A stretch of DNA of 46,909 nucleotides, filler included, from Sphacelaria rigidula (GCA_964200075.2; 2 parts of 2 records of this genome joined end to end with filler, not necessarily neighbours in it), one strand, 5' to 3'. Numbered from the whole stretch's first letter, positions 34,709-45,942 are shown. Translations and numbers: made by a program. Notes: generated from the sequence alone by a model not told the origin.

Positions 34709-35158
34709 CCCAAGGAGGAAAAAAAGCAGGAAAACCTTGAACCCGCCGGTTTTGAGTTCCCTGAATCTCATGTCAATAACTCCCGTCCCTGGTCCCGTAG
34801 CTGTTGGGTACGTGACGCCACCTGGCGGTGTCGATGACATACTGCATGTCATCCCAGCCGAGGATCCTGCGCCCCGCTTGTTGAACTGCCCTACTCGCCG
34901 TGGACTGTTGTTGCCGCTACTGCGGGTTCCATGGCGTTGCCCGAAGGACAGATGCAAGCTAGATTTCCGTCGCAACGGTGATGCAGTAGTATGCAGGAGC
35001 ATATGTTGGGCTCCCCTCCGGGATTGCCTGAGCTGCGCAGTGTGTGTCGAAGATGATACGACCGCTGTCCTGACATGCTGTTGTGGGACTTGAAACACGA
35101 ATGCCTCTGCTACCGAAATCGCTAGGAGGCATGAGACCTTCAGCAGAAGAGACACCAT
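34709..35158 (-). CDS. Nucleus-encoded plastid-targeted protein of unknown function, exon 1 (264 aa over 4 exons)
   Basis: ATG at 35158. Signal peptide MVSLLLKVSCLLAISVAEA|FVF (ASAFAP-type cleavage with +1 Phe), S/R/T-rich acid-free transit peptide, then IDMRFRELKTGGFKVFLLFFLLG and donor GTAAGC (phase 0). Exons 450+175+104+66 = 795 nt splice into one open frame. Confidence 0.88.
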
Positions 35159-36852
35159 GATCACTTTTCGTACAGCGATCTTTCAATCTGCCCTTATACT
35201 TGAGAGTCCACCAATCTGTGCATTACCTGAAACCCTTGCTGCTGCTGGTACTAGTACCACCGATGACCGATGATGCCGGTCTGACTCTGGTGCCGGCACT
35301 GACTCTATTCTGGACAGCTGAAGGTTTGGGGGGGCATGGCGCTCCAACGAACATTCACGAACCTTCTTGCAATTTTCGTTTTAAATTTTTCCACATTCGT
35401 TCATATTTTGACCCTGCTCATTCAGACTCTACCGGCTCACCCAGGTGTAGCAGCGTGGAGCATACACACGTGGAGGGGGGGTATATCATAGAGGTCGGCG
35501 GCTTTTGGTCGTTTAGATAGAAGACGAAACCCACGGCCTTCGTGCTGTGTTAGAGTCAAAGGTGAGCTGCTATAGCCGTCGTCGTGGTCGTTTACCGGAA
35601 GGTGCATGTTGGGGAGGAGGGCGGTCGACTAGCGGAAGTTTCCAAAGTTCAGGGTGTGCTATGTGTGTGATCACCAAGAGAAGTATGGCTCGATTTGGTT
35701 GTGCGTGTCCTGTAAACAGCACTTATTTTATTGAGGTTGAAATAAAGCAAGTCAGGCATGAAGGCCAGATCATCGGGTAGGTTCGTTCTGCGTTGCATGT
35801 AGCTCGTTCATGTGTGATTTATGCACTCGCGGTAGGTTGTTTCGGTCAAGTTTTTACGTGGATTAACAAATGTGATACAACAGAGGGTACCATCAATCTA
35901 AACAAAATCGCTTCTCATCTACATTTACTACTGTTGTACCAGCCGTGGAGAAGTTGTGCCTTGACAGCACGGGTACGAAATCGAAGGTCTTCAAAAATGA
36001 GACGAAAGAATATGCCTTCCCTCCCCGCGCCGGTTCCACCTCCAAAGCATTGTCGACCTCCTCCAAGTCGCAGTTGGGGCGCAGAAACACCTGCCTATCG
36101 TGTATGGGTAATACACCGAGAGACTCACTGAGCTCCAACATGCAGTCTTCGTCTCTGTAGGTGTCTCGCGCCGCCATTTTGACCCAAGGTAGTGTCGCCC
36201 ATTCCTGATTCCAACATGCAGCAAACAAAATGCCAGGAACCCAAATTCCGTCGTTGTTGCCTCTGATTCAACATTCGTTCATTGTGTTATCCTTGCTGTT
36301 TTTGCTTGCCAACCCGTTGCCACTCTCCTCACCCCTTTCCCCCCGCCCCGCCCCCCTCTTTTACCCCTACTCCCTCCAAATTCATTTGCCCTTCCCTAGT
36401 TTTGACATTCTTTATTCCCACTGCCTACTGCTGGTCGACTGTAGTATTCGTCGCGCTATCCAACAGGCTCCCACCTCAAACGCCGCTGCAGTTGTGCTTA
36501 ACGCAAATACAAAGGCGTGGGTCTCCTTGAGCTTTCGGAGAGACAAAAATGTACTGAGCGCTGTCCTCTCATCTCTCGTGAATGTACTGCGTTCCCTCGT
36601 GCATACAGTAAGTAGTACACTTTACACTACTCTTGACCAACGTGTACATGCACAACAGCATATCTGACTTGGACGCCTTTTCTGCTTTTTTTTCGAACAC
36701 TCGATTCGTTTGGGTCTTCAACCAGGGTGGACCAACTAGCCCGCTGGGTTTTTGACCAGCCTGTTGGGCCGGGACTGTGAAGAGAGACGGCGCAGGCGAC
36801 GGCGGCGGCTCTCTGGTGAACGTGATGCTCTGCCGGTGACCGCAACAGAGGT

Positions 36853-37035
36853 ATGAAGGACTACTTCGACATGTATCGCATCAAACCCCGTCTACTGCAG
36901 CGTTCCTATACTGACTGCTGCACGGCGGTGTCCTGTAGTCTGCACACAAAAGAGCTGAGCGCATATTGCTGTCATCATGTGCTATGTGAAAACTTGTATA
37001 CAGTAAAGGACTTGAAAAAATTCCAGCCTGACTGA
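36853..37035 (+). promoter_or_regulatory. Candidate upstream ORF (60 aa) in the 5' leader of the CBM20-TPS gene
   Basis: ATG..TGA ORF MKDYFDMYRIKPRLLQRSYTD... ends 28 nt before a perfect AG|GTAAGT donor (37064). A matching acceptor CTTGCAG (37975) lies 6 nt before the main ATG. Confidence 0.35.
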
Positions 37036-37981
37036 TTATAAAGAAAGCGGAATTGAGTAGTAGGTAAGTTGGCACTCATCAGGTGTCGCCCGCAAATCCA
37101 TTGCGATCGAAACATTTACTCCACCACTGTCTGCGCAGACTTTGTGTGTTGCAGCTGTCTCTACTGTTGCTGGTACAGTTCGCTGGCTCCGCCTGCTACT
37201 CAAGTCTCCTCCGAGACGCCAAGCTCGGTATTGATCCCATCCCACCTTTCCCCGAACGTTAACTGTACTCCACTGTTGTGCCGTGTCATGCCCTACTGTT
37301 GTGAATGTTTTTTGCCGCGTTTTCCGCAGAGAGCCAGTCGGCAGGACGGGTGTAGGAGTGTAGCATATACCCCACCGTGGTTGGCCAAGCGGTGGAGATC
37401 TTTTGAAAGGGCCGCTATAAGAAGAGGACCGCGACGAAGCGGAGAGTTAACCGAGAGAGGCAAGGGCTTCGACCTAGTCATCCGGTGGGAACAAAGCGAA
37501 GGAACAACTGAGGTTCAATACAGCCTCAGAAAAGTGTTTCCGCAGGGGAGGTCCTTCTGGTCGACTCAGTGAAGGCGTGATTGGCTGTGCTGGTGTGGGA
37601 CAAAGCGGAGAGAGACACTGAGGAAAAGTTCGTGACGGAAGCCCGGACCGAGAAACACCAAAGGCTTTGCTGTAACCCACTGCTCGACACACATCAGTTC
37701 GAACCGCCGACCTCGTCGCAAGGGTACGGCTCGAGAAGAGCGTGGGCTTCATCACAAGCAACGCGATTGCTCGGCGAGACTCGTTGAACATTAGGAAGGA
37801 GGCGTTTTGCTTTGCTTCCGGGCTTTCAAGCGGTGCAGACGCGACGGCGCGCGGGGCGTGTCATCATCTAATCCGCCCTGCTAGGACGGCTGTCACGACC
37901 GTGGGACACAGCATTTAAATCGACCACACATACTCACACACACCTGCAGAGTTTCATATACTATACATCTTGCAGGAAAAT

Positions 37982-38247
37982 ATGGCAGCAAGTACACCCT
38001 TCTACGAATTGTCTTTCACTGTGGAGGCCAACACGGGGCACGGAGAAGTCATTTACGTTTGCGGGTCCTGTCCGTCGTTGGGGTCGAAAGACCCCTCCAG
38101 GGCGCTGAGGTTGGTCACAGACCCTTCCAGCTACCCACTGTGGAGCTCAGAGCCGATTCCCGTGCCTTTGGGGCAACGGGTCACCTATCGATATTGCATC
38201 GTGGCCGGTGGAAAATTGAAGCGATGGGAAGAAATTTCCGCTGACAG
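37982..38247 (+). CDS. TPS: CBM20 carbohydrate-binding domain, first coding exon of a probable trehalose-6-phosphate synthase/phosphatase
   Basis: LSFTVEANTGHGEVIYVCGSCPSLGSKDPSRALRLVTDPSSYPLWS...VTYRYCIV...RWE fits the CBM20 pattern (F-x-V...GE...G...LG...YPxW...YrY...WE). Donor AG|GTGGGT, phase 2. Confidence 0.85.
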
Positions 38248-39000
38248 GTGGGTCGAGAGCAGTTGGAATAGGGTGGTAATCCTCTTGTGGAGGAGGAGGG
38301 CGGGGGTTGCGTTGTGTGGCCATGCGTAGGTGCTCTGGATATCGTGAAACTGATAACGGGGTACGATTCGAGAGAACTATGGTCGTGATACCGATGGCTG
38401 TGCCGTCGCGATGCAGGAGGAAATTTTAGGCCTATGCATCGGAGTATGTGCTGTTGGACTCGGCCGGGTACGACACATGTTCTGTCGTAAATTTTGAAAA
38501 ATCGACTTGCACTACAACTTGGCGCTGCCAGTGCTTATTCATGTATCATGTTCGTGAGAGACAGTCCAGCATGGGGGTACTGTCGTGTACCCACGGAGCG
38601 CAACCAAGTTTTATGTCGGCAGTTTGTCACAGCGGGCGTACAAGTGGAGATAATTGAGGAGTGAGATATAGGATACACACAAGACACGTTAAGGCCCAAA
38701 GGAAAAATGATGAGTCTAGGTTTACGACTAAGTCACGGACGACGGTTTTGTGGTAACACGCGCCTTGCCTGCGCCCAGCCCATCAGGGGTAAGACCGGTG
38801 TGAACGCAAATGGCAAACGGTGGTCACCTGGGTAATAATAGTTGTCTTCACACATACTGAACATAGTTGTGGTACACTGTATTTGATGACGAGTAGGGGG
38901 CGGAACAACTGCACGTCTCTCCCAAGGCGTTTACGTGTGCAGGTTGACGCGACTTGTTCACCACGTTCTATGGTTGACACCTGTTCATATTTGTTCGAGA

Positions 39001-39410
39001 CTAACACCTTAGTCCCAACTCTAACAAGCGCAAAGCATGCCGAAAACCCTCAGGCATAGGGGTGGGGGGGGGGGGGGGGGGGGGGGAGGGGGGGCCCCCC
39101 GAGAAAAGAGGGGGGGGGGGAGGAACAAAGGGGGGCGAGGGGGCGCAATGGGGGGGCGNNNNNNNNNNACCCAGGGTGCATGCGTGCGGGCGTGTGGGCG
39201 GGGGCGGTCGGGGTGGGGGGTGGGGGGGGGGGGGCGTACTGGGGTAGCCCCAGACTAAAGTATGCGTTGGCGGAGAACAAATCGGCGCCAATTGGCGCTA
39301 ATTGGCGACGGCGCTGATCCGGAACAAAAATGCGTCCTGCCCACTCACTCTTGCGGGCTCATGGGATGATGAGACCACGAAGATCCGGTTAGATTGTCCG
39401 CACTGAAGAT
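39001..39410 (+). repeat. Dispersed repeat related to 40908-41125, interrupted by G-tracts and an assembly gap (N at 39159-39168)
   Basis: GCATGCCGAAAACCCTCAGGCATAGGGG vs GCATGCCGAGAACCCTCGGGCAAGGGGG; AAGTATGCGTTG...AAATCGGCGCC vs AAGTGTGCGTTG...AAATTGGCGCC; TGTCCGCACTGAA vs TGTCTGCACTGAA. Confidence 0.65.
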
Positions 39411-39889
39411 AAACATTGGTTCAACCATGAATTTTGGCGGACTCGCAAACTCTTGTTGCATAATTTCCGAAATTTCCCGGTGTTTCATGTGTTGAATATT
39501 TCATCACCGCATGGGCTCGTCATCAAATCAGGAAGCGGAGGGGGGGGACGGGGGGGGGGGCGTCCTTCCCAAATTCCCCGAATAAAGCGTCAACATTACT
39601 TCGTCGTGTCGAACTGTTGAGGCTACTGCTGCCCTTCTCACCCAACCCCAACGCAAGTCAAATCGAACACTGTTAGGTCAGTGAGATGTGTACAAAAGTT
39701 CGCTGAATAGGCGAAGGGGGCGTGGTGCAAGGCGCCGATTTCAATCAAGACGCGCGTTCAGCAATGCGAATATGTCGAATAGGTTGAACTAGAAATCAAC
39801 CCTATATCAACCAGGGTCTACAGTAAACATCATATTTTTCAACCATGTCGGGGGCCAACCAATCCTGAAAATGACGCCTTTTTTTCCCG

Positions 39890-40280
39890 GTAGTTAGATT
39901 CGGCGCGACGCTTGCCTTCGGTGAAAACCAGACGGATTGGGCCCACGTCGAACAAATTCTGTACTCTGGATATTCTGGCGCACTCTTTCGATCTTTCGTA
40001 CGCCCAGCTTGATTTTCGACAGGGCTGCAGCCTGTTCATGTAAGACCAACAGCTCTCATGCTTCCATGTGTTCCTCACAGCTGGAAACGGAACTTCGTGT
40101 TGTATGAAAGTTTGTTGAAAAATTGTTTGTCCGGCCAGAAGCCAATCCAATGTGGGAGTACGGGAGACTTGAGAAGTGAGCTTGAGCTCTCCGAGTTTGA
40201 TGAGAGTGCAGCGAGTTGGCGCAATCCGCCACTATTTTTCCTTGTTTTGGGCCAAAGTCGGCGCTGAATCCCCGTAACTG
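39890..40280. repeat. Old diverged fold-back (~390 bp)
   Basis: GATTCGGCGCGAC...CGGATTGGGCCCAC pairs with GTTGGCGCAATCCG...GTCGGCGCTGAATC. CGTACGCCCA pairs with TGGGAGTACG. Confidence 0.6.
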
Positions 40281-40907
40281 GCTCCAGTCGAACAGTTTCC
40301 CTCATGTCTTTACGAAGCGGGCTTCGACTCTATCGGTTCCTGTGAAGATTTCTTGTAGAAGTATGACACCTGTGGTGGTTCGGCGCCGATTCCATTCCGA
40401 AAGGAGGCGTGGTGTCGTGTGTCACCCCGGGAGTACTGGCTGTGTACATGACGAGAGGGGTTCCGCAGTCAAGTGCACTTTCCGAATAGCAATCATTTCG
40501 TTTTCCACCCTCGTGAATGATATCCTTGGAGTTATGACTGACGAATGAATGGCTCACAAAAACTCATCAGGCTCGCAAAAATACTAAACGGAATCATGAT
40601 CATGTTCGCACGTGTACGAGGATTTGCTTGTCCGAGCGATGGCTGAATAGGGCGTACGAAAAGGAGTTGTAGGTCGGAATCTTAGGCGAATGCATGGTGA
40701 ATTTTTAATCTTTCCGAGGTGGCAAATTCCGCCTAATCCACATTTTCTGGTGAAAGTCGGCCCCGAATCGCCAATTTTTAGGCATCTTCCAAGAAAGATT
40801 TCTGCCCGTTTAGCACGAAGAAGCAAGCGACCTCTGACTACCTTGAACAGATGAGGTTGGTTCACCGCTTGGTAGGCGCGGAACTCTCGGAAATTCATGA
40901 CTTGGAA

Positions 40908-41125
40908 TAACCCTAACCCTAACCCCCACCCTCACCCTCACCCCAACGGAGGCATGCCGAGAACCCTCGGGCAAGGGGGGTGTCACGTGTTCCCAACGGG
41001 AAGTGTGCGTTGCGAGACCTCAAATTGGCGCCGCAGGCGCAGATTTCGATGAAAATGCGTTGTGCGTATGCTAGGAGAACATATCCGCTATTACAGATGC
41101 GGATTTCTGTGTCTGCACTGAAACC
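40908..41125 (+). repeat. Dispersed repeat headed by telomere-like (CCCTAA)/(CCCTCA) units
   Basis: TAACCCTAACCCTAACCCCCACCCTCACCCTCACCCC, followed by a body homologous to 39001-39410. Confidence 0.65.
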
Positions 41126-41147
41126 AAGTCGGGAATTCCCATGCCTT

Positions 41148-41203
41148 CGGCTGGACCCCCGGGGAGTCAGTTGAAGTGCGACAATCAACCAATCAATGAA
41201 TCA
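41148..41203 (+). mobile_element. 5'-truncated SINE/LINE 3' end with (CAAT)n tail
   Basis: CGGCTGGACCCCCGGGGAGTCAGTTGAAGTGCGACAATCAACCAATCAATGAATCA matches 30095-30142. Confidence 0.8.
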
Positions 41204-42010
41204 AAACCAAACAATCTGCGAAGTGGTGAGCTCTACTGAGGCCGATATCCAAGAATTCGGATAAGTCTAGTTGATGAAAAGAAGTTGTAGGGATGCTTTT
41301 ATAGACGATGTATTTTTTTGTTGGAATCTGTTCTCATGGAGTTTTCGTCTTTGACGCCAGTGTGGCATTCATGGATATTTCGAGGCTCCGCTCGTAGCTG
41401 CGTAGTCGTCGTTTACATGTGTAGGTGCGGATCTGGAGGACGTGATGCCGATACAGGACGGCAAACACGATTCGTCGGGCATATTGATCTTGCAGTATCT
41501 TTCTCCCACTCTGAGTCGTTGTCATCCGCCTGGGTTTTTCAATGGCGCATTCGCTTTTGTTTTCGGAGGCGTTTTCGCTGAAATTGCAAATAGGGCAAAA
41601 TCTCACATCGATAATAAGTCGTTCGCAACAGTGTTCGGATGCAGAGGGAACAAATGTGAGGACCACCAGGCGATGCGTTTAAGATTGTGGCGACGACCTT
41701 AGCTACAAACATACAAGGCTCTCTGTGTGAGCCCTGATGTGTGTGGTATCGGTTGTATCGGTCATGGTCGTCGTGCGTCGCTGTATCTGTGCAGATGTTG
41801 GTATCCGTTTGTGACCTGCATCCACTGCGAAGAAGCACCAATCGGGGAAATGATTCATGTGTGTGTCGTCTATATACTACAGCACGAACTGCTCATTGTG
41901 GACAGAGGAAACGTTGCGCAAAATATCATCGTTTTTTTTTCTTTCGTGTCGTTAGGCCGTGTTCAATACAGCGCAAAGTGGGAAAAGAAACAAGCGTCCA
42001 AAAGCAGCAT

Positions 42011-42330
42011 TACTATTATTATTTTTATTATTTGTCGCACTTCGAACCCCTCCCCTTCCTCGCGATAAGTCTGTGGTCTCAAGGAATCAACCGATCTCTC
42101 CCTGGTACACGCCTTGCATTTTGGTCTCGCGGATTGGATCATGACTATCAGCACTCCCGCACCGCGTCAACTCACGTCAAACAAACTCAGTCGACTACTT
42201 TGTTTACTCACGTTCTCATGCTTTCCACGGTGAAAATCAATGTGAAGAAAAAATCTAACGCCTCTGGAATTGAACCCTCGTTATCTCCACCCTAATGGCG
42301 ACAGTCGGACCATTACACCACCGGGGCGCG
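42011..42330 (-). mobile_element. Full-length tRNA-derived SINE (~320 bp) with (AAT)n tail
   Basis: Minus strand: GCCCCGGTGGTGTAATGGT (A box) ... GGTTCAATTCC (B box), body, TTGAGACCAC...AAGTGCGACAA, then (AAT)n-like tail. Flanks GCAGCAT (42004-42010) / GCGGCAT (42331-42337). Confidence 0.85.
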
Positions 42331-42869
42331 GCGGCATGTTGACTAGTCACCGCAGCCATAGACCCGCCCGGCGATCAATCAACATGCTGCCGTTGGACAC
42401 CTTCCTTTTCCTGCTTCCTTTCTGGGTCTGGATAAGACATGGCCTTGACCCTCTGACTGAAAGCCAAGGGTGATCTTGTTCCGAGTTTTTCGTTCCCTGG
42501 AGGATAGTGTTTGTAGGGGTAGATTGAACACTAGATGTGCATGAGCGCTTAGCAGGGAGTGATTTGAAGTATTATTTTGGTGAGACCAGGCATGCCGCAG
42601 CGTTTTGCAGTGGTTCAGAGAAGATGGTGTACATTACTGTTTGTTTGCGTTGCTATGATCTCCTGTTGCGTGGGTATTGACGTGTTCGTACATGCACATG
42701 GCCGCACGCAACGCTGACGCGATCTATGCCATTGGTTTGCTGCACTGAGACGACAATTCGTTGCTGATCGTGACTTATGCACGGATAACTCACGATGTTA
42801 CACACATGCGTGGCCACGACCTTTTTCGCGGAGGCGGTGTGTCCCCGCATCACAATATGTTCCGAACTC

Positions 42870-42995
42870 CGCCCCCTCTCCCCCTCCCCGAGCCTGGTCC
42901 GGCAAAAACCCGGCGTGCTCCGTACCGGCTTTGTAGAGATGCGAGTTCAATGGTCGTATGACTATGGCATGCAAGATCATGAGTACACCCCCCGC
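42870..42995 (+). repeat. Second copy of the C-tract-flanked dispersed repeat
   Basis: GTCCGGCAAAAACCCGGCGTGCTCCGTACCGGCTTTGTAGAGATGCGAG...GACTATGGCATGCAAGATCATGAGTACACCCCCC. Confidence 0.8.
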
Positions 42996-43080
42996 TCTCA
43001 CAGCCCGTCCGTTTAGCGTTCGGCTGAGAACCCGGGAAGTAAGATAGTTGACCGTTCGAACGCAAACGGATGGGTCGGTT

Positions 43081-43357
43081 CAAGGGTATTACGAGTTATT
43101 CCCGGTTCGAATACCAAATCTACGATTTCTCAGACCTGGTTGCTCGGAAGAAATGAATTAAGTTGACCTAACGCAAGAAAATAAGAAAAAAAAACAGGTC
43201 CTCTTACTTGTACGCAATTCTTGCTCTGTTGTGCGTACGTACCAGGGGTGCGATGCCAAAGAAGAGCCCAAGGATTCGATTCGTGCGTGACGAATCAAAC
43301 ACCCCATAATGAAAACAACAGTATTTCTCAGACGAATCATTATTCGTTGGATCCTTC
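43081..43357 (-). mobile_element. hAT-like MITE, family A (diverged, inverted)
   Basis: CAAGGGTATTACGAG...CCAAATCTACGATTT...GACGAATCATTATTCGTTGGATCCTT. Colinear with 32809-33025. Confidence 0.65.
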
Positions 43358-43474
43358 GAGCGCTGATGTCCACCTTATTCATTCATCAAGCGAAATACTG
43401 GCGATTCAACACGTGGAACATACTATAAAACATGTCCTATTTGCATGCTATTCGTGGCCTATTGGTTTACGCAG

Positions 43475-43538
43475 GAGCCTGGAGCCTGTGACAGAACCGG
43501 CATCAGCCCCGGTGATGATGGAAGACGTCATCGATAAG
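43475..43538 (+). CDS. TPS: CBM20-TPS coding exon 2
   Basis: Acceptor TTTACGCAG, donor GTATGG. 64 nt, phase 2->0: (R)SLEPVTEPASAPVMMEDVIDK, which completes the CBM20 C-terminal strand. Confidence 0.72.
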
Positions 43539-43792
43539 GTATGGAGGCGTTTTTCATTCCCACGTAGTGGAGAACCAATTAAAGTCGACACATATGCGCA
43601 CGTAAATAAAAACAGACACAGACACGATCTGCCACGTTCCGCACCAGTTCACCCACCTCGTGAAAGTGATTGCATGGAGGAATACTAAGGTCAATGTTCC
43701 GGGGTTGATGCAATATTTGCACCGTTTGTTATTACCTCTATACCGTGTATCTACTCCTATCCATGTGTACAAGGGAACGGAAACGAAGACTA

Positions 43793-44085
43793 CAAGGGTG
43801 GGACGGATAATTATTCGTATGTCTGAAAGTTATCTGCTTTCAGAGTACTTCATTCGTACCGTACGAAATATTTGATACGATGCCGTACGAATCAATCGAT
43901 CCTTGAGCTTTGTTTTCAGCGTTGCACCCCGGGTACGCGCACCTTGCAGGCGCGTGGAATCAGCGCACAATTCGCGTGTATACGTTTCTGACCGGCGGTC
44001 AACCTTTTAGTCTCGTTTCGTGCAATCAAACCTCAAAAATCGTAGATTTGATGATGGAAACCAGCGATGATTCTCGCGACCCTTG
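43793..44085 (+). mobile_element. hAT-like MITE, family A
   Basis: CAAGGGTGGGACG ... GATGATTCTCGCGACCCTTG. TSD GAAGACTA / GAGGACTA. Body homologous to 31115-31412. Confidence 0.85.
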
Positions 44086-44911
44086 GAGGACTAGAAATTC
44101 TGCATACCGACGTACCAGCGAGACACGGAGATCGCGGTAGGATGGAAGTCAGGCGACCGAACATGAGTCGGAGACGGAAAGGACTTCAGCGAACGTAGTG
44201 CCGTGGGGTGTCCTCTATATAGTGCGGTTACTTGCCAAGCAATCTTATCGGCAATATCGCGGCAACCGGCCCTATATTAAATTGTCTTGCATATTATACT
44301 TTGTAAGTACGTGCCAAGCGATTTCACAGGCGCGATACCGGTACTGCGCCCTGTATAGGGCGCCTCATTGTAGCCATCGAGTTGCCTCCACTTGTCCTCG
44401 CCCCCTTGCGGTGAGTTTACATTACTTCTGTGCGCCCGTCGAGCGGCAAAATTGGTGTCATCACTTGAATTTCGTGATTCAATTGACAACCACTAAATCC
44501 GCGAGTTTTTTTGTTCTTGTTTCGGTGTCGAATCGAAAACTGACATGGAGCAGTGTCGAAGTTTACCGGTTTTTGCCGGGTGCTCGATTATCCTCTCTTT
44601 TTTTTCGTCATGGATAGTGTCCACCACCGAGCGACCACATGTTCATTTTTTCATTTATTTTCTCATGTAGCATTAGTTTGGACTGCGCATCGCCGCCAGA
44701 AAATGGAACATTGCTCTCGGGAGCGATCCGGAAATTGTTTTACAAATCGCCTCGCCGTACCTTGCACCGTATCCACGGCGCTGGCAAACGGCTTGTGTTT
44801 TCGGAAAACTTATGTGTATTACCCCCCCCCCCCTCTGTTACTCACGATGGACACCAGTACTCATTCCGGTGTGTACTTCTTGCGTCTCGTATTTATAATG
44901 TCATTATCCAG

Positions 44912-45036
44912 TACAAGGGCTCGGGGATGGATAATTTGCTGGGATTTTTCCGAGGAGCGTCGCGAGTGCCAGAAGGGGATATGCGGAGATCGATCAAGTT
45001 CACAGCCGCTTCGCGAACTAGTCTGCAGTTCTTGCG
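44912..45036 (+). CDS. TPS: CBM20-TPS coding exon 3 (linker)
   Basis: Acceptor CATTATCCAG, donor GTACGT. 125 nt, phase 0->2: YKGSGMDNLLGFFRGASRVPEGDMRRSIKFTAASRTSLQFL(R). Confidence 0.72.
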
Positions 45037-45075
45037 GTACGTGGTGACCTACACTCGGGGGTCGATCCCAAAGTG

Positions 45076-45331
45076 CGAGGGTCCGACGAATCAATGATTC
45101 GTCTGGAAATTACTTGATATTAGTGTACTTGATTCGTACGTACCGTACGAATCAGTCCTCAGACTTTGTTTCCAGCGTTGCAATTCAGGTACGCGTAGCC
45201 CAGGCACGTGGAATGGCGCAAAAATTGCGTGGAGACTTTTTTTTGCACCAGTGGACACCTTTTTTTCTCTCCTTCGAGCAATCAATTCTAAACAATCGTG
45301 GTTTTATCGACGGTGTTTCGTCCGAACCTTG
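45076..45331 (+). mobile_element. hAT-like MITE, family A
   Basis: CGAGGGTCCGACGAATCAATGATTCGTCTGGAAATTACTTGAT... is nearly identical to the start of the 31115 copy. Ends TTCGTCCGAACCTTG. TSD unclear. Confidence 0.85.
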
Positions 45332-45848
45332 CATGAAAGTGTCCGGGCGTGTGGTCTTTGTGGGACAAAGATTGTCCAGCTACTAGTACCGGGGACTGCA
45401 TTTTCAAGGATAGGTCTGACAGGGTATACCCGATTTTGTAGTATTTTGAAAAGTGGAGATCCGACCCATGCTTCGCACGGCACAGCAGTCAGCCCAGTCC
45501 CGTTGTTCCCCTCTCTGGAGCCCAAACAAGTCAATGTGACTGACTCAGGCAGGTGGTGTGCGACGTACAAAATACCAACATGTCGGATATACCCTGACCA
45601 ACCTGCCCTTGTACATTTCCAGTCTTCGACCCTGAAGGTCTCTTATGACTTCGGTATTTGTTGGAACAAATGGAAGCTATTTGAAAGAGGCTGTCGTGAT
45701 GACAGCGATGTTGCCTACAGAAATGGGCGTTTGTTTGCTGTCGGTCGGCTGTTTGTATTTTCCCGGCTTCCCTCAATTTTCAAGTTGGCGTTCACGTTTT
45801 TTTGTATTGGTGTGTGTGTCGCGGCCGAATTTGATGGTTGGCGTACAG

Positions 45849-45942
45849 GGCAAAGACGAAGGCGAAGCAGCAAGCATCGATCATCACAAAGAGAGACGGC
45901 ATGGTGGTGGTGAGTTTCTTCTTGCCCGTCATCGTCAGCAAG
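45849..45942 (+). CDS. TPS: CBM20-TPS coding exon 4, start of the GT20 domain; gene continues beyond the window
   Basis: Acceptor CGTACAG, donor AAG|GTGAGC. 94 nt, phase 2->0: AKTKAKQQASIITKRDGMVVVSFFLPVIVSK. VVVSFFLPV matches the first strand motif (hhhS/AxxLPv) of trehalose-6-phosphate synthases. Confidence 0.78.

Noticed and set aside
42255-42330. Functional tRNA gene
   Set aside because: A and B boxes are present but the acceptor and anticodon stems do not pair well, and it continues into a SINE body and tail.
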